From Ascidiella aspersa (taxonomy: Eukaryota), in contig OZ004607.1 in assembly GCA_963924565.1 (NCBI GenBank), positions 3,038,001-3,102,000 of the forward strand: 64,000 nt of DNA, written 5' to 3'. How positions within the stretch are numbered: position 1 is the first letter of the stretch; each line of letters opens with the position of its first letter. A program made the translations under genes and the position numbers. Below are positions 1 through 12,000 of this stretch, in pieces. Under the pieces are notes generated by a model, which was not told the DNA's origin, made no database searches, and saw only the letters and a list, made by a program, of their open reading frames with translations.

Positions 1-71
1 GCATCCGACCCGGTCGTCAAATAAGATACAGATCCTTGCATATTATAAAAAAAGATTGCCATTTGCCTTAC

Positions 72-3000
72 CCGTGTGTGCGTCATAGCTCTCCAGGTCC
101 GATGTGGGTGACGTATCAGTAATCATTGAAAGGGGGTCAGAGGGGTAAGGTGTGGGGTGCCACTCGCGCCCGTTGAATCGCCCGTTGGAATCCTCCTCTT
201 CCCCCTCGTCCAAATAGTTAAAATTCACACCGTTGCCGCCACTAGGTGGTGTAGCTTGGCAGAGAGCCACATCTGCTAAGGAACTGTGGTCAAAGGTCAC
301 GGTTTGAGTGGTTCCGGCCTCACGGGCGCACTCCACCGGCGACATCGACAAATCGTTGGCGCTTTCGCCAGCTTTCGGGGCACAAAACGCCGCCAAAGTG
401 CCGCCAGCGGCGTCGGCCATCTTGTTCTCCGACTTGTGCTGCTGTTCAGGCTCCGGAGCTGGTGCATGTGAATCGTGATCGGCGTTTGAGACCGAATACA
501 GCTCATCGTGATGTTCTCCGTGATGCAGGTCGAGAGCCTCGTCTTGATGATTCTCATGACGCTCGTCGTGGAATTTTTCATGAAGATTTTCGCGAAGATC
601 TTCGTGATGATCTTCATGATGATCTTCCTGATGATCTTCGTGATGTGCGTCGTGAGCTTCGTCATGATGTTGTTCGTGATGTTCATCTTCGCTTTCGTGA
701 GGAATAATTTCGTACGAATCGTGAAGGTTTTCGTTTTCACGAGGCGGCTCTTGGACGTGTTCGTGATCTTTCACATGATCTTCGCTCGACGTAATTACGT
801 CATCGATAATGACGTGTGCTTCGGGATCCGCTACAGCGAGATTTTTGACGTCATCACAAATAGCGGCCACGTCATCATCAACATCAGCTTCATCTTTGGG
901 TTGCTCACAAACATGAATATCTTCTTCATGAACCTCATCGGTCGAATCACGATGTGAATCGTGAAGTTGCTCGTGAAACTTTTCATCGACGTGATCATTA
1001 GACTTTTCAGGTTCATACAAATGATCTTGTGGTTCTCTGTTGGAAACCTCGTGAATGTCGTGAGACTCTTCATCCTGAAACTTTTCATCGTGCTGAGCTT
1101 CGTTGTCGTGATCGAGCTCACGGCTTACGTCCGGAAGAAGTTCACAATCGTGAAGTAGTCGCTGGTTTTCGTTGTGCAACCGATCGAACTCTGCTGTCTC
1201 CTCATCTGCTTTCATATGAGATCCTTCCTCTCTTTCGTCATGTTCATCCGATTTAGAATCATCTATTTTTGTGTGAATGCGTTCATTTATTTCGTTATCA
1301 GCAATCGCAAAATCTGATATCACATGAGCTTGTTCATTAGGTTCATGATTACCAAAGTTTTCAGCCGAATTTCGATCAAGAGATTTAATAATTTCGTGAT
1401 TAGCTATCTCCTCATCTGCTTTTATCCGATCCTGTTCATCTGGTTCGTGATAAGCGGCGTCGTCATCCACTTTCACGTGATCTTGTGCGTCTAGATCATG
1501 ATATGAGGCCTGCTCATTGGGTTTCACGTGAGACTGTTCAACTACTTCATGATATGAAGCGTCCTGATCATCTGGTTTCATGTCAGTCTGTTCATCTAGT
1601 TCGTAAGACGATTTCTCCACAAACTCAGGGCCTTCATCTTCGTGAACGACAGGATCTTTCACAACTTGTTCATCTTCACCATGAACCTGCTTGTCATCAG
1701 AGATTGACGTAACTTCACGATCGTGATCAACTGGTGACTCACGATGAACCGAAACAACTGGAACCGCTCCGTGATTCTCATTGTTTTCTTCAGGAGCAAC
1801 TTCACGTTTTTCTTCCTCGGCGTTCTCGTATTGAACGAATTCAAAATCCTTCTCAAAATCTTCGCTCGGCTGCGAAACCGGAATTTTAGTTGTTTGAATA
1901 TCTGACGCGATGTTGCTTTGTTCTTCGGGGGCGATTTCATCCTTAGCTTTGTCCGAAACCAGATTCGCGTCGGATGCAGCCTTCAGACTGGCTTCCTCTT
2001 CATATTGGCGGCCTCCTGCTATATTAAGATACTCAGCGTCGATGGCAGAGTCGAGGTCCGTGTCTTTGGCGGGGATTTGCGCTTCTTTTTCCCGCAGAAT
2101 CACGTCGCTTTCGTCATTGTTAACGCGCGCCACGCTCACCTCCACAAACTTGCCAATGTCCTGGCCTTCGGGCGACGGACGCTTGGAAAGCTCTTTTGTC
2201 TTCTCATGGATAACTTCATCGGTCTGCAGCTTGGCAAAGGCGGCCGTCAGGTCCTCTGGGGGAGTCGGAGGACCTGTCTTCTTCTTCTCGTCGTGTGCTG
2301 CTGCGGTAGTAGAGGCGACAGCAGCTGGTGTCTTCTTCTTTTTATCTTTGGCGGGCGATTTGCCTTTCAACGCAGCGGATTGGCCGACTGCGAGCTTCTT
2401 AGCTGGAGCTGCAGCCTTTGCAGACTTGCTACTGATGCTGCTTGCGCTTTTGGCAGTTGTACTGCTGCTGCTGGACTTTGCTGAGCTCTTTGCTTTTGCT
2501 TCTGGCACTTTGCTTGACTGCTTTGCGTGCACTCTGGCCTCGGCGCGAGCTAGCACCGGTCCGGTCTTAGCCTTAGCGCTTGTCGGTTTAGCTTTCCCAG
2601 CAGTAGCAGTAGAAGTAGTCGAAGCAGCGCCGGTCGTAGCAACCTTTTCAGGCTTTGGGCGCTTGTTAACCGGTTTTATAAAACCGCTTGCAGCTTCACG
2701 CTTAGCGTGCGTTGCGGCAGCGCTCGAATCTTTAGCTGCCTTTGCTTTCCCTGTGGCAGTTGGTCCTTTCTTTAAGCCAACGCTGCTTGTAGAACTTGGT
2801 TTTGCCGACGACTTGGCGGTCGTTTTCGATTGGGTGGCACTCGACAGTTTTGGGTGCGAACCTGCGGGTTTGGGGTGGGAATTGGCGGGTTTAGGGTGGG
2901 AATTGGCGGCGCCTGAAGGCTTGGGGTGGGAACTGGGCGCTGTAGTTGGCCTGTGGTGGGCCGAGGAGGTGGGTTTTCCGTTCATTGCGGCGTGTCTTGG

Positions 3001-6000
3001 CGGTTTTGTCGGCGAGTGGGCAGCTGGAAGTATAAAGGGTTAAGATTAGAGGTAGATATTGCTTGGCGTTAGTTAGCGAAACATTTCAGCTTGATTTTTT
3101 CACAAATATAAGGTACATCCAATATATACAGGATCGTAAAAATGCTGGAGGATGTTAGTTAAAAATTTGCATAATCGCTACAAAAGTTATATTTTGCCAA
3201 ATCACCGCGTATTATTTCGGGTCGGCACCGATACACCCTAGTATCGGACGAATACTGCCATCGGGTATCGGATACAATATTATCGGACTATCTAATACTG
3301 GTCATCATTCTAAAATTTAAAATTCATATTTTAACCTAATTTTGTTGTTCAAGTTCTCCGGACCAAGGTACATTGCACCGAGCTTTGTTTGACAAGTGAC
3401 AAGTGCAAAACAAAAACGTGATAACTTACCTTTTTCGGGCTTCTTCTTAGCGATAAGCGCAGCTGTGGGTGATGGCATCGACAGAAACCCGCAATCCGCC
3501 ATTTTCTCCAAACCTTGCAAGACTTTCGACTGAAAAATAAGAAAAAATTCAGTACAGGAGTGTCATAATTTCTTAATCTTTAAAATCTCGATGCAGCTGT
3601 GATTTATTTGAATACGGAATTAAATATTGCTATATATTCTTAAAATCTATTTGGATTAACCAACTCTTGCCAATTTTAACGTTGAATATTAGAGATCTGA
3701 ATAAACAACAGTATAACAAAATTATGCTTAAAATTACATCCTAAAACTGTCAAACCACTTCCACAATATTGTTAACTACTGGTCTAAGCTACAACACCAA
3801 CACCAACATCGCTATTTTAAAGATTTACGTGTTAGAAAGTTATTGTTTATGTTTCGAAGTAATATGCCTTACATCCTTATCTTGTGTTAGATTTTTGAAA
3901 ATGCATTAATCACAAACGCTAAATCATTTGTTTTAAAAAACATTTCAAGCGATTATTTGCTATGAAAATCGTTTTCCAGTCGTTCTTATTTCGGGTGTTA
4001 TAGCGATGGTAACCCTGCTTATGGTTGTCTACTGATTCTAGTGAGGAATACCGGATAGCAGGGGGCGTGTCTCACCTGAGGGGCGTTTCCCGGGAACAGC
4101 ACTCTGACGATTTTCTCGTTGGGCGAGGTAGGATACCAGACGATCAGGCAGCATATCGAGGCCAGGTCGCTCATAAGGGACTCTCCCTCCTCACCGGATT
4201 CCAGGGTTACCTGAGGACAAAAGTGGCCGGGGTTACTACAGGTCAAATAAAGAGTTAAGGAAAATAAACAACAGATATGCTACGCAGACATCAAAAATGA
4301 GTTAACTTGGTAATGAACGCTAACCAGGGTTTAGCCCAATAAGGTTGATTGCAGAATTATATATAGTAGGCGTACTAAAGTCTGCAAGATTCATAAATTA
4401 TTATTATCCTAGATTACTTTTCTTACGAACATTTGAATATAATAATACCAATTATACCGCCAACGTTCATCAATCTAGCGGTTTAGGGATGCTCATGCAT
4501 AAAATAGTTTTAAATTCTGTTAAAAAAAATAATAGCCGATATACCCTAAAAAATGCCAAACGTATAATCTGAAGCCCATTGAATTTATCATTCTAACTTT
4601 AATTCGAAATTAAATTATTTTATTTTTATTTTTTTTATTTGAAAAGGAAATTTCAAAATTTAAACTGAGGAGTACGCGTGGAATTTTAACGGTTTTCGTC
4701 CGAATATGGTGTAGGTTAGATGACTGATATAATATAAATCGGTCTAAAGTGCCCATTACTCTTATATTAATTGACATTGTCGTATAATACATGGCCACCT
4801 AACTGTAAGTAAATTAAATGAGAAAAACATTTCAAAAAACAATGCGGGAGTAAATGTCATTACATAATTGGTCTTGTAAACAAGTCATTTCTTTTTAAAG
4901 GTGTATGTGTGACTGTGTGTATAGGGTGTGTTAGATGAAGAATTTATATAATCTGTATAAGGCTACATTGTGTGTTAAATAGTAATGTCTAGCAGTTTAG
5001 TGGTCTTCAGTAAAACGGCAAAAATCAGACATAGTACGCATTTTAAATTAATTTGGCAACATAATTGTAAAGCTTATTTAATTGGCCTACATGTATTTAT
5101 CATAAAAAAACGCTGAACATGTTTTTAAGTTGCAGTAAAATTTTGGGTATGTCGTTTAGTTAATGAAAAAAAAGTACAAAGGTGAAGGCCGATCTACTGG
5201 TCGATATTCCTATTAGAGCTTAACAAGGCTCCTTAGTAAAAAGCCATGGTTAGATCGCAAGGTAAAAGCCTCATTTTTAGCATTTCGGGAGAAAAATTGG
5301 CTTTTTCGGGCGAAAAAAGCTTCTCAACCCCCTGAGATGGGATCTAAAATTGGGTGACCGTTTGAGTTGGTTTGGAAGTCGACCGTCGAACTTCTAAACA
5401 TTTGGTCATATTAACTTAGATTAGTTTTGAGCAAGGTTTCACCAAGTTTTGAGAAATATTCGGAATGCATACAAAGATTCATTAAATTTGCATTTATCAA
5501 TGTTATTGCCTTCATTGATTTTTGTAAACTTCAAACTCACAAAAAAGTTCAGTGAAAGACAATTAGGTTGTATAAACAGAATTGGGTAAGCTCAGTATTT
5601 TGGTTCATCAAAAAAGGTAAGAAACATTGGCTTAGGCCGACCACTGTTAGCGACGGACAGACTGTTTAAATTATGCTTGTTGTTACTGTTTTAAAAGTTT
5701 TACTTTATTTAAAAAATACAACATCTAGAAAATTAAAAAAAAAATATTGTTCAGTTAAGGAAGGGTAATTTTCTTCACCGACCAAAAAAACTTGTTTAAG
5801 TGTTTTTGTTTCAAATGTCAGAAAAAAGCGACTAACAATCAAAGGTGGTTTCAAGGCTCTTATTAACACTTAAGCAGTATTTGACCGCATAACTTAAAAC
5901 AATAACTTAGCACATTTCATATTTATCACTTTTTTGCTCATTCTACAACGTCCCGTTTTTGCCCTTCGAAGAAAAATAAAATAATAAAATAAATAAAAAT

Positions 6001-9000
6001 ATCTTTAACGAACGAATGTCACAATATAAAAGAAAACCAGAAAATTCGCCCGGTTTCGCCAGTAACGTGCAAAACCGTTGCATCCCCACTATTTATTTTT
6101 CGAAAAAAAAAAAACTAATAAAAATAAACAAATAAAAAAGAATGCCTTTACCGAAATGTCCTAATTTCAAGCAAAAAAGGTAGAAAATTTACCCCGGTTT
6201 TGCCAGTGACGTGCAAACTCTTGCTGTTGCATCCCCACTTTTCGCGAATAAAATCCAGCTCGCTACTGCCCTCCTCCGGGCTGATGACGTAGATGTCGAG
6301 CTTGCCGATGCCGACTTTGGAGAAAACAGTGAATGGTTCCATGGACTTCTTGCGAGTCAGAGGCAGGACTTCTAAGCCGAGGCCCTGGATGAATGTTTGT
6401 TCTTAAGTTAAGAAGAGACAAGCGATTAACAAAAAAAGATAGAAAAAGAGAAAAAAAATTATAGGGGAGGGGACATTATACTTAACCAAGAATTCGTTGT
6501 TTTTTTAATTTGCGGCATCATTTTTATGTAACATTCAATTTATTCTAGTAAGCGAAAAAAAATTCAGTACTAAAAAAATAATTAAATACTAAAAAATACA
6601 TTAATACGAAAAAAATAAATCCTGAACTTGCACGCCCAACAGTCCTGTCTAAAATGAAAGACGAATGAGCCAATAACATTTCTACCTTCGTAAGTCTGAG
6701 CGTGAAAATGCCTTTTGCCTGCATTTCTTACAAGGCACTAGAAGTTAAAGCAGTGGTTCTCAACGGGTGCCGCGGCGTCTTAGTGTGTCATTTATAAAGC
6801 TCAAGGGTGAGAAGTATTTGAAAAATCTGATAGTTTTAAGCTTTTTGAACTATTTTGCACGATTAGAGATCACTATCAAATGGCATTTTCCTACATGCTT
6901 TAAGTTGATTGTGTTGTTTTAGTTCAATTCAGTAAAATACTCAACGAAAATTCCAGTCAGGGTGCCGAAATTTATTTATTTTTTGTGAGGAGTGCCGTAA
7001 GAATAAAAGGTTGGGAATCACTGAGCTAAAGCGATTTGCAAACTGGAGAAATTAACGCCAGGGGGTGTGACGTAAAGACTATTTGTGTAAATAAATTTAA
7101 CTGTATAAGCGCAAACAATAAAAGTTTAAAAACAAGAGAAAAACACAGGATCAGACTTTTGTCAAAGGAATTGCGTATGCTGTCTGGTATTGTTGTTTTT
7201 GTTGTTGTAAGACTGAGCATTTCTACCTTGGTAAGTCTGAGCGTGTCTTCCACTATCTTTACAGTCTGGATGTCGAGCAGCTTAGCGACCTCTGGTGGCG
7301 CTCCTCCTGTTCCCTCCTCCTCTCCAGGGAAGACATCGGTTGACTTCTTGCGCGCCACCATCTCACCGAACTTTGTGGGAGCGTTCAAGCAAAACACGCC
7401 CAGGTCGGGTGAGATCAGACAAGAAGCCAGTTTCTGCGAGAAGAAAACGCGCTTGCGCTGGTTTTGCTTGTTCAGATAGGTCGAAGGTTCTTACAGTTTT
7501 TTTTTCTTGCGACGCTTTTGATGTTTTGTCGAACTTGTGACGCACCAAGTGACAAAAAAAACGCCGCATGAAATTAAATCCTATGATTTTAATAGTATTA
7601 AAATAAAAATAATGCCATTAACTAACGGAAAAATGCCTTTACCGACACGCAGCCAGTTTTTGCGAGAAAAAAACGACGTTAGAGAAAAAAACACGCTTGT
7701 CCAGATACGACAGAGTAAATTTCATCCTAATACCATAAAATAATTGACATTATCAAAAACTTATTTCTTTGTGTGACCGCGTACTTTTTCTACCAAAACA
7801 TTGGATATCGCTATCAGAACAATATGCTAGATATCGTATATCCCTACTCCCTAGCACTTAATGAGCGAAAACAGCTCCAGCTTAAAGGCGTATTACCTTA
7901 TACTCAGCGGTCGTGTTGTCCATGGGCAGCTTGAGCAGTTTTTCTTGCATCTTTCTCAGGAAAAGGCTGTTGAGTCCAGCAAGGCTGTCCGCACCGAGAT
8001 GTGTGGCGATAATACAGTCAAGTCGGTCAAGATGGCGAAGTAATCGCCAGAAGCCAGGGCTGGAGTCAAAAAAACTATATTGTTAAAAAAATAAATAATA
8101 AACATATTCTAGATCAACAAAAACTTAGTTTTAATACGAGGTATACCTACACCTATCATGTTTTAGATACTACTCATCAAATAGAAGATTCATAAAATTT
8201 ATGTCAAAGAGCCGGGGTTGCCCAATGCCCATGTCCGAACCAGGGCTGCCGAGTCGGTTAAAAATAACCAGAGTCCGAGTCCTATCAAATGTGGGATTTC
8301 GTCGATTCCTGACAGGAGTGTGGCTCAGACTCTACGGCCTTTATTTCACCAATGTACGTAACTAAATAGGTAGATATTTAGCAATCCATGCATTGGGGTT
8401 CATGTAAATCATTTATTTACAAAACGTGGGAGGAAAATATCCACCATATGCTATTCCGCATTTACAATTTACAGTTGGTGGCCATATCAGTTTCAAAATT
8501 TGGTACTGCGCATGCGCACGTCGGACTCGGGTAGTTTTACGTGGTCTTACTTGAGCCTCAAGTCCGACTCCGCAGCCCCTGGTCTGAACTATAAGCCTCA
8601 CATAATTAGTTTCTGAATTTTACCTGGAGAGCGACCCTCCGTTAATGAGGATGTTGAATCCATTCACAGTGAAGAAGGTTGAGTCTCCTGTGCCAGCGGG
8701 GAACACGTAAAGACAAGGTTTCCTGATCTTTAGAAACCCCTCCTGGGTCGGCGGCTCCAACAGCACGAACATGTTGTCCACCTGGACAGAAAATTGGTAT
8801 TTCCTATGCACATTTCAGTACATTTGTAGTAAATATTTATATTATGTGACAGTGCGAGTATTTACGAACATGTTGTCCATTGGGCAGATAAACTAGTTAA
8901 ACCTGCAAATTTCAGTTAATTTTGAGTAAATAATTATATTATGTATGTATTCACAAACATGTCGTCCCCAGACAGAAAAATCTGTTATTCTACATGCATA

Positions 9001-12000
9001 TTTTAGTAAACTGGGAAGTAAATAATTAGTATATGGAGGTGTTAACAATATGGATTTCGACAAGTTCAATCAGGGTAGGAAAAACTAGTTTATGTACTGT
9101 TTATGTTGATTTAATTTAATTTATTGTGAAATTTTAATAAATAAGGGTGCCGTAATCTGTTTATCTTTTCTTTTGGGTACTGTAAGCCAACTACGAATTA
9201 AAAATACTAGCGTAGGTGTAAAATGTAACAGGAACAACTTGCTATTGAGCTTCAACTCCATACAGTGAGTTTTCTATAATGTTGTAACTATATATGTTTT
9301 CAGTTCGACCAAGATTTTTTCGAACTTAGAAAAATATCAAATTGGCTGTACTAGTCTTTAATTTCTCCAGTTTTATTGATATGGAGAAACGCACAAAAAA
9401 CACAAGACAACGAAAAACCTAACAAACTTATTTTTGACATTATAACTATACATGCACATGCACATATATATGCACCCTTACAAAAAAACACAAACGGAAA
9501 TGTTTATTTTTTAACAATGATTAGGATGTTTGTGTGGTTTATTTGACGCAAAGGGGATAACAAAAGCAGATTGTAAAAGTTTTTTCTTCCTAATGAATAA
9601 TGGAAGCATTTTAGTTGTCCCTATAGCGGGCAGCTGTCAGACTGGCAACAGGTGAAAGATTGACGGGCGACTATCAAACTGAGCTTCAAAAGTCAAGTTA
9701 GATTACGATACTCTTACAAATTAGTATCTAACTGCTGTATTTAACATTCTTTCTAGTCGATGTTACAATTAGTCGTCGTATTACATCACAATGCCCCAAA
9801 AGTGGCGTGATGTTTACTGCGTTAAGGTGGGTCATTCTACGTAAGTGGCAGGGTAAACACGTGTGCTTTTGTGCGACTGAGAAACCAAGCTAAAAGCTAA
9901 ACTAATAGTTAACACTTCTAGGTATCTCGGATGAAAAAGGTCAAGGCATATTTCAACAAAGTGGGCACATTATTGTGTTCATGACAGACACCTAACGCTA
10001 ATAACACACTAATGTAAACTAATAGGTTTAGAAAAAGAATTAATGTAAACTAGTAGGTGTAGAAATTATCAGCCTTCCTATGGGAGCGAAAAATTGTAAC
10101 AAAAAATTAAAGATTTGCGTAAAATATTACCCCGGAAGATTTATTTTCCTAGGTTTATGTAAAAACGTCAACAAAATAATCAGGTTGCTTTATATGGACA
10201 GAATAAAGGAAATGTGTAAAATACTTTTAAAATGAGATTAAAAATAACGACAAGCCTGTATTGATTTGTTGCAAAGTGTAGCCACAGCGGGACAAAAAGG
10301 TTTCCAAAAATAGAAATCGGTCGGCGTTTTATTCCTATCTGTCAACGCCGTCTACTAAAACAGGTCAGCCGCCATTCGCAGCGGATTCGGGGTTTTCAGA
10401 TTCCATCATAGGCAAGGAATATTCATCAAAGATTGGCTCGACGGTTGGTGTTACACAGCAGAATGCAATCCCGAGGGATAGAGAATTTCCTAGGTCGGAG
10501 AAAAGAGAACAACAGCAGCAGCATCAGCAGCAGCAGCAGCACACTTGTGTCTGAAGTGACGAGGTTGTCCCTTGAGGGGTTTGCCTTAAAGCTTTTCCAA
10601 CAGAAGGCGTTGTGTGTATGAGCGCCTGGGCTCGAGATTGATTAACAACAATTCTACAGCAACCTGCTTCGGGTTGCCAGTTAGTATTTTTTTTAACGCC
10701 AATTTGAAAATTTAGGCTTTTTTGTTTAAAAATGTCATGATTGTTATGTTTAGATGAGATCAAACTAACACAGAAAGAGAAAAAAATTCCAAAAAAATGA
10801 CAAAAAGAGAAAAAATTAAGCAAATTTGCCACAAAAAGAGAAAGTCAATGTACAAGCATGACCATTTATTGCAATTTTGATTTATTTAAGAAAAAACATA
10901 GGCTTGGTAGACTTGTAGTAGATTTGGCTTTTTTATTTTTTCTATCTGGCAACCCTGAACCTGCTTATTTGCTGCGCCGCCAATACACGCCACTGTTGGG
11001 TGTCGCAAAGGGCTAGACGGGATTTTAAAGAACATCACTTCGCAATGGCAATCAATTAGAGCGCCTTGCTAGCGGCAGTAAATTGATTAGGAAAATGAAT
11101 TAACGGCCTGTTTTTGTGACCACGTGCTGCCTTTGGGAGGTCTCGGTGCGACAAGCAGTGCGATTTACTCCAAAGTAATGACTTCGATCCTTTTTGAAAG
11201 CTAAAAGGCGTCGGTGACTCTAAGGAAATCCCCAACTGATTTTAACTTGGTTGTGTTGCCGTTCGTTTAATCAGAATGTTGGAATTGATATAGTTTCTTG
11301 GATTTATATTTACAAGATACATACAGCATGCGTGTACACCATCCAGCCGTTCTGAAATCCCTTTTTAGGGGTATGGGGGGTATTACATTAGCTTTCTTGA
11401 AAATTCGAACTGTCAAACGAAAGTATATAAAAAGGTGTATTTTTTATAAAAATCCGAAACGTGCTTGTTAATTTTGTTTTTCATAGTGTTCCTTGTACGT
11501 ATGTATCTTACTTTTACAGTATTTAAATTCCTTTAAACAAATCTCCAATCCTGGATTTCCCCCCGATTTTTTAGTATTACTCGCTTGATATAGTTCAAAA
11601 ATGATGAAACAGGGCGTGGCCAGGGTTTTTTAAGGTTTGGTTTGGGTGACCGCTAAGTAGTTTTAAGAGACCGCAAGTGTTTCATTTAAATACCAAAAAG
11701 TTGCAAGTCCAAAATTTGGGAAACCGCTGGAGAAATTTGGGGAACCCGTTTCGGTTCCCCAAAACACCTTAAAAAAACACTGGGTGTGGCAATTAGGACT
11801 TAAAGATATAAAATATAGAAATGCAAAACCAAGTGAAACAGTTATCAAAAAGGCATTGGGCAGTGTTTGACAAACCTTCCCAAAACACAGATATTTATTT
11901 GCTTAAAACACAAGTTCTCGTTCATATTTAAATCATTTCCTTTATTGGCAAATTAGCCTTTCATCATCACCACTCCGTTTATTATCTAAAGGTGAAAAAA

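Noticed and set aside
43-71. Stop codon ending the 980-aa ORF, implying MAP1 without a light chain
   Set aside because: A good G|GTAAGG donor at 72/71 precedes the stop and the sequence turns AT-rich, so the gene probably continues outside the window.
286-3043. Long antisense and alternative-frame ORFs over the large MAP1 exon (e.g. 1910-3043, 508-957)
   Set aside because: These are expected shadows of a GC-richer, low-complexity coding exon, with no independent motifs.
7115-7200. Family D fragment seeming to begin exactly at the ribozyme cleavage site
   Set aside because: Weak similarity continues upstream through stem II, so it is a decayed copy with an internal deletion rather than evidence of cleavage.
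10368-10832. Selenoprotein-like reading CCCCC-UGA-CCCC on the minus strand
   Set aside because: It is simply the complement of an interrupted CAG repeat. The upstream frame runs into a MITE and no SECIS was recognisable.
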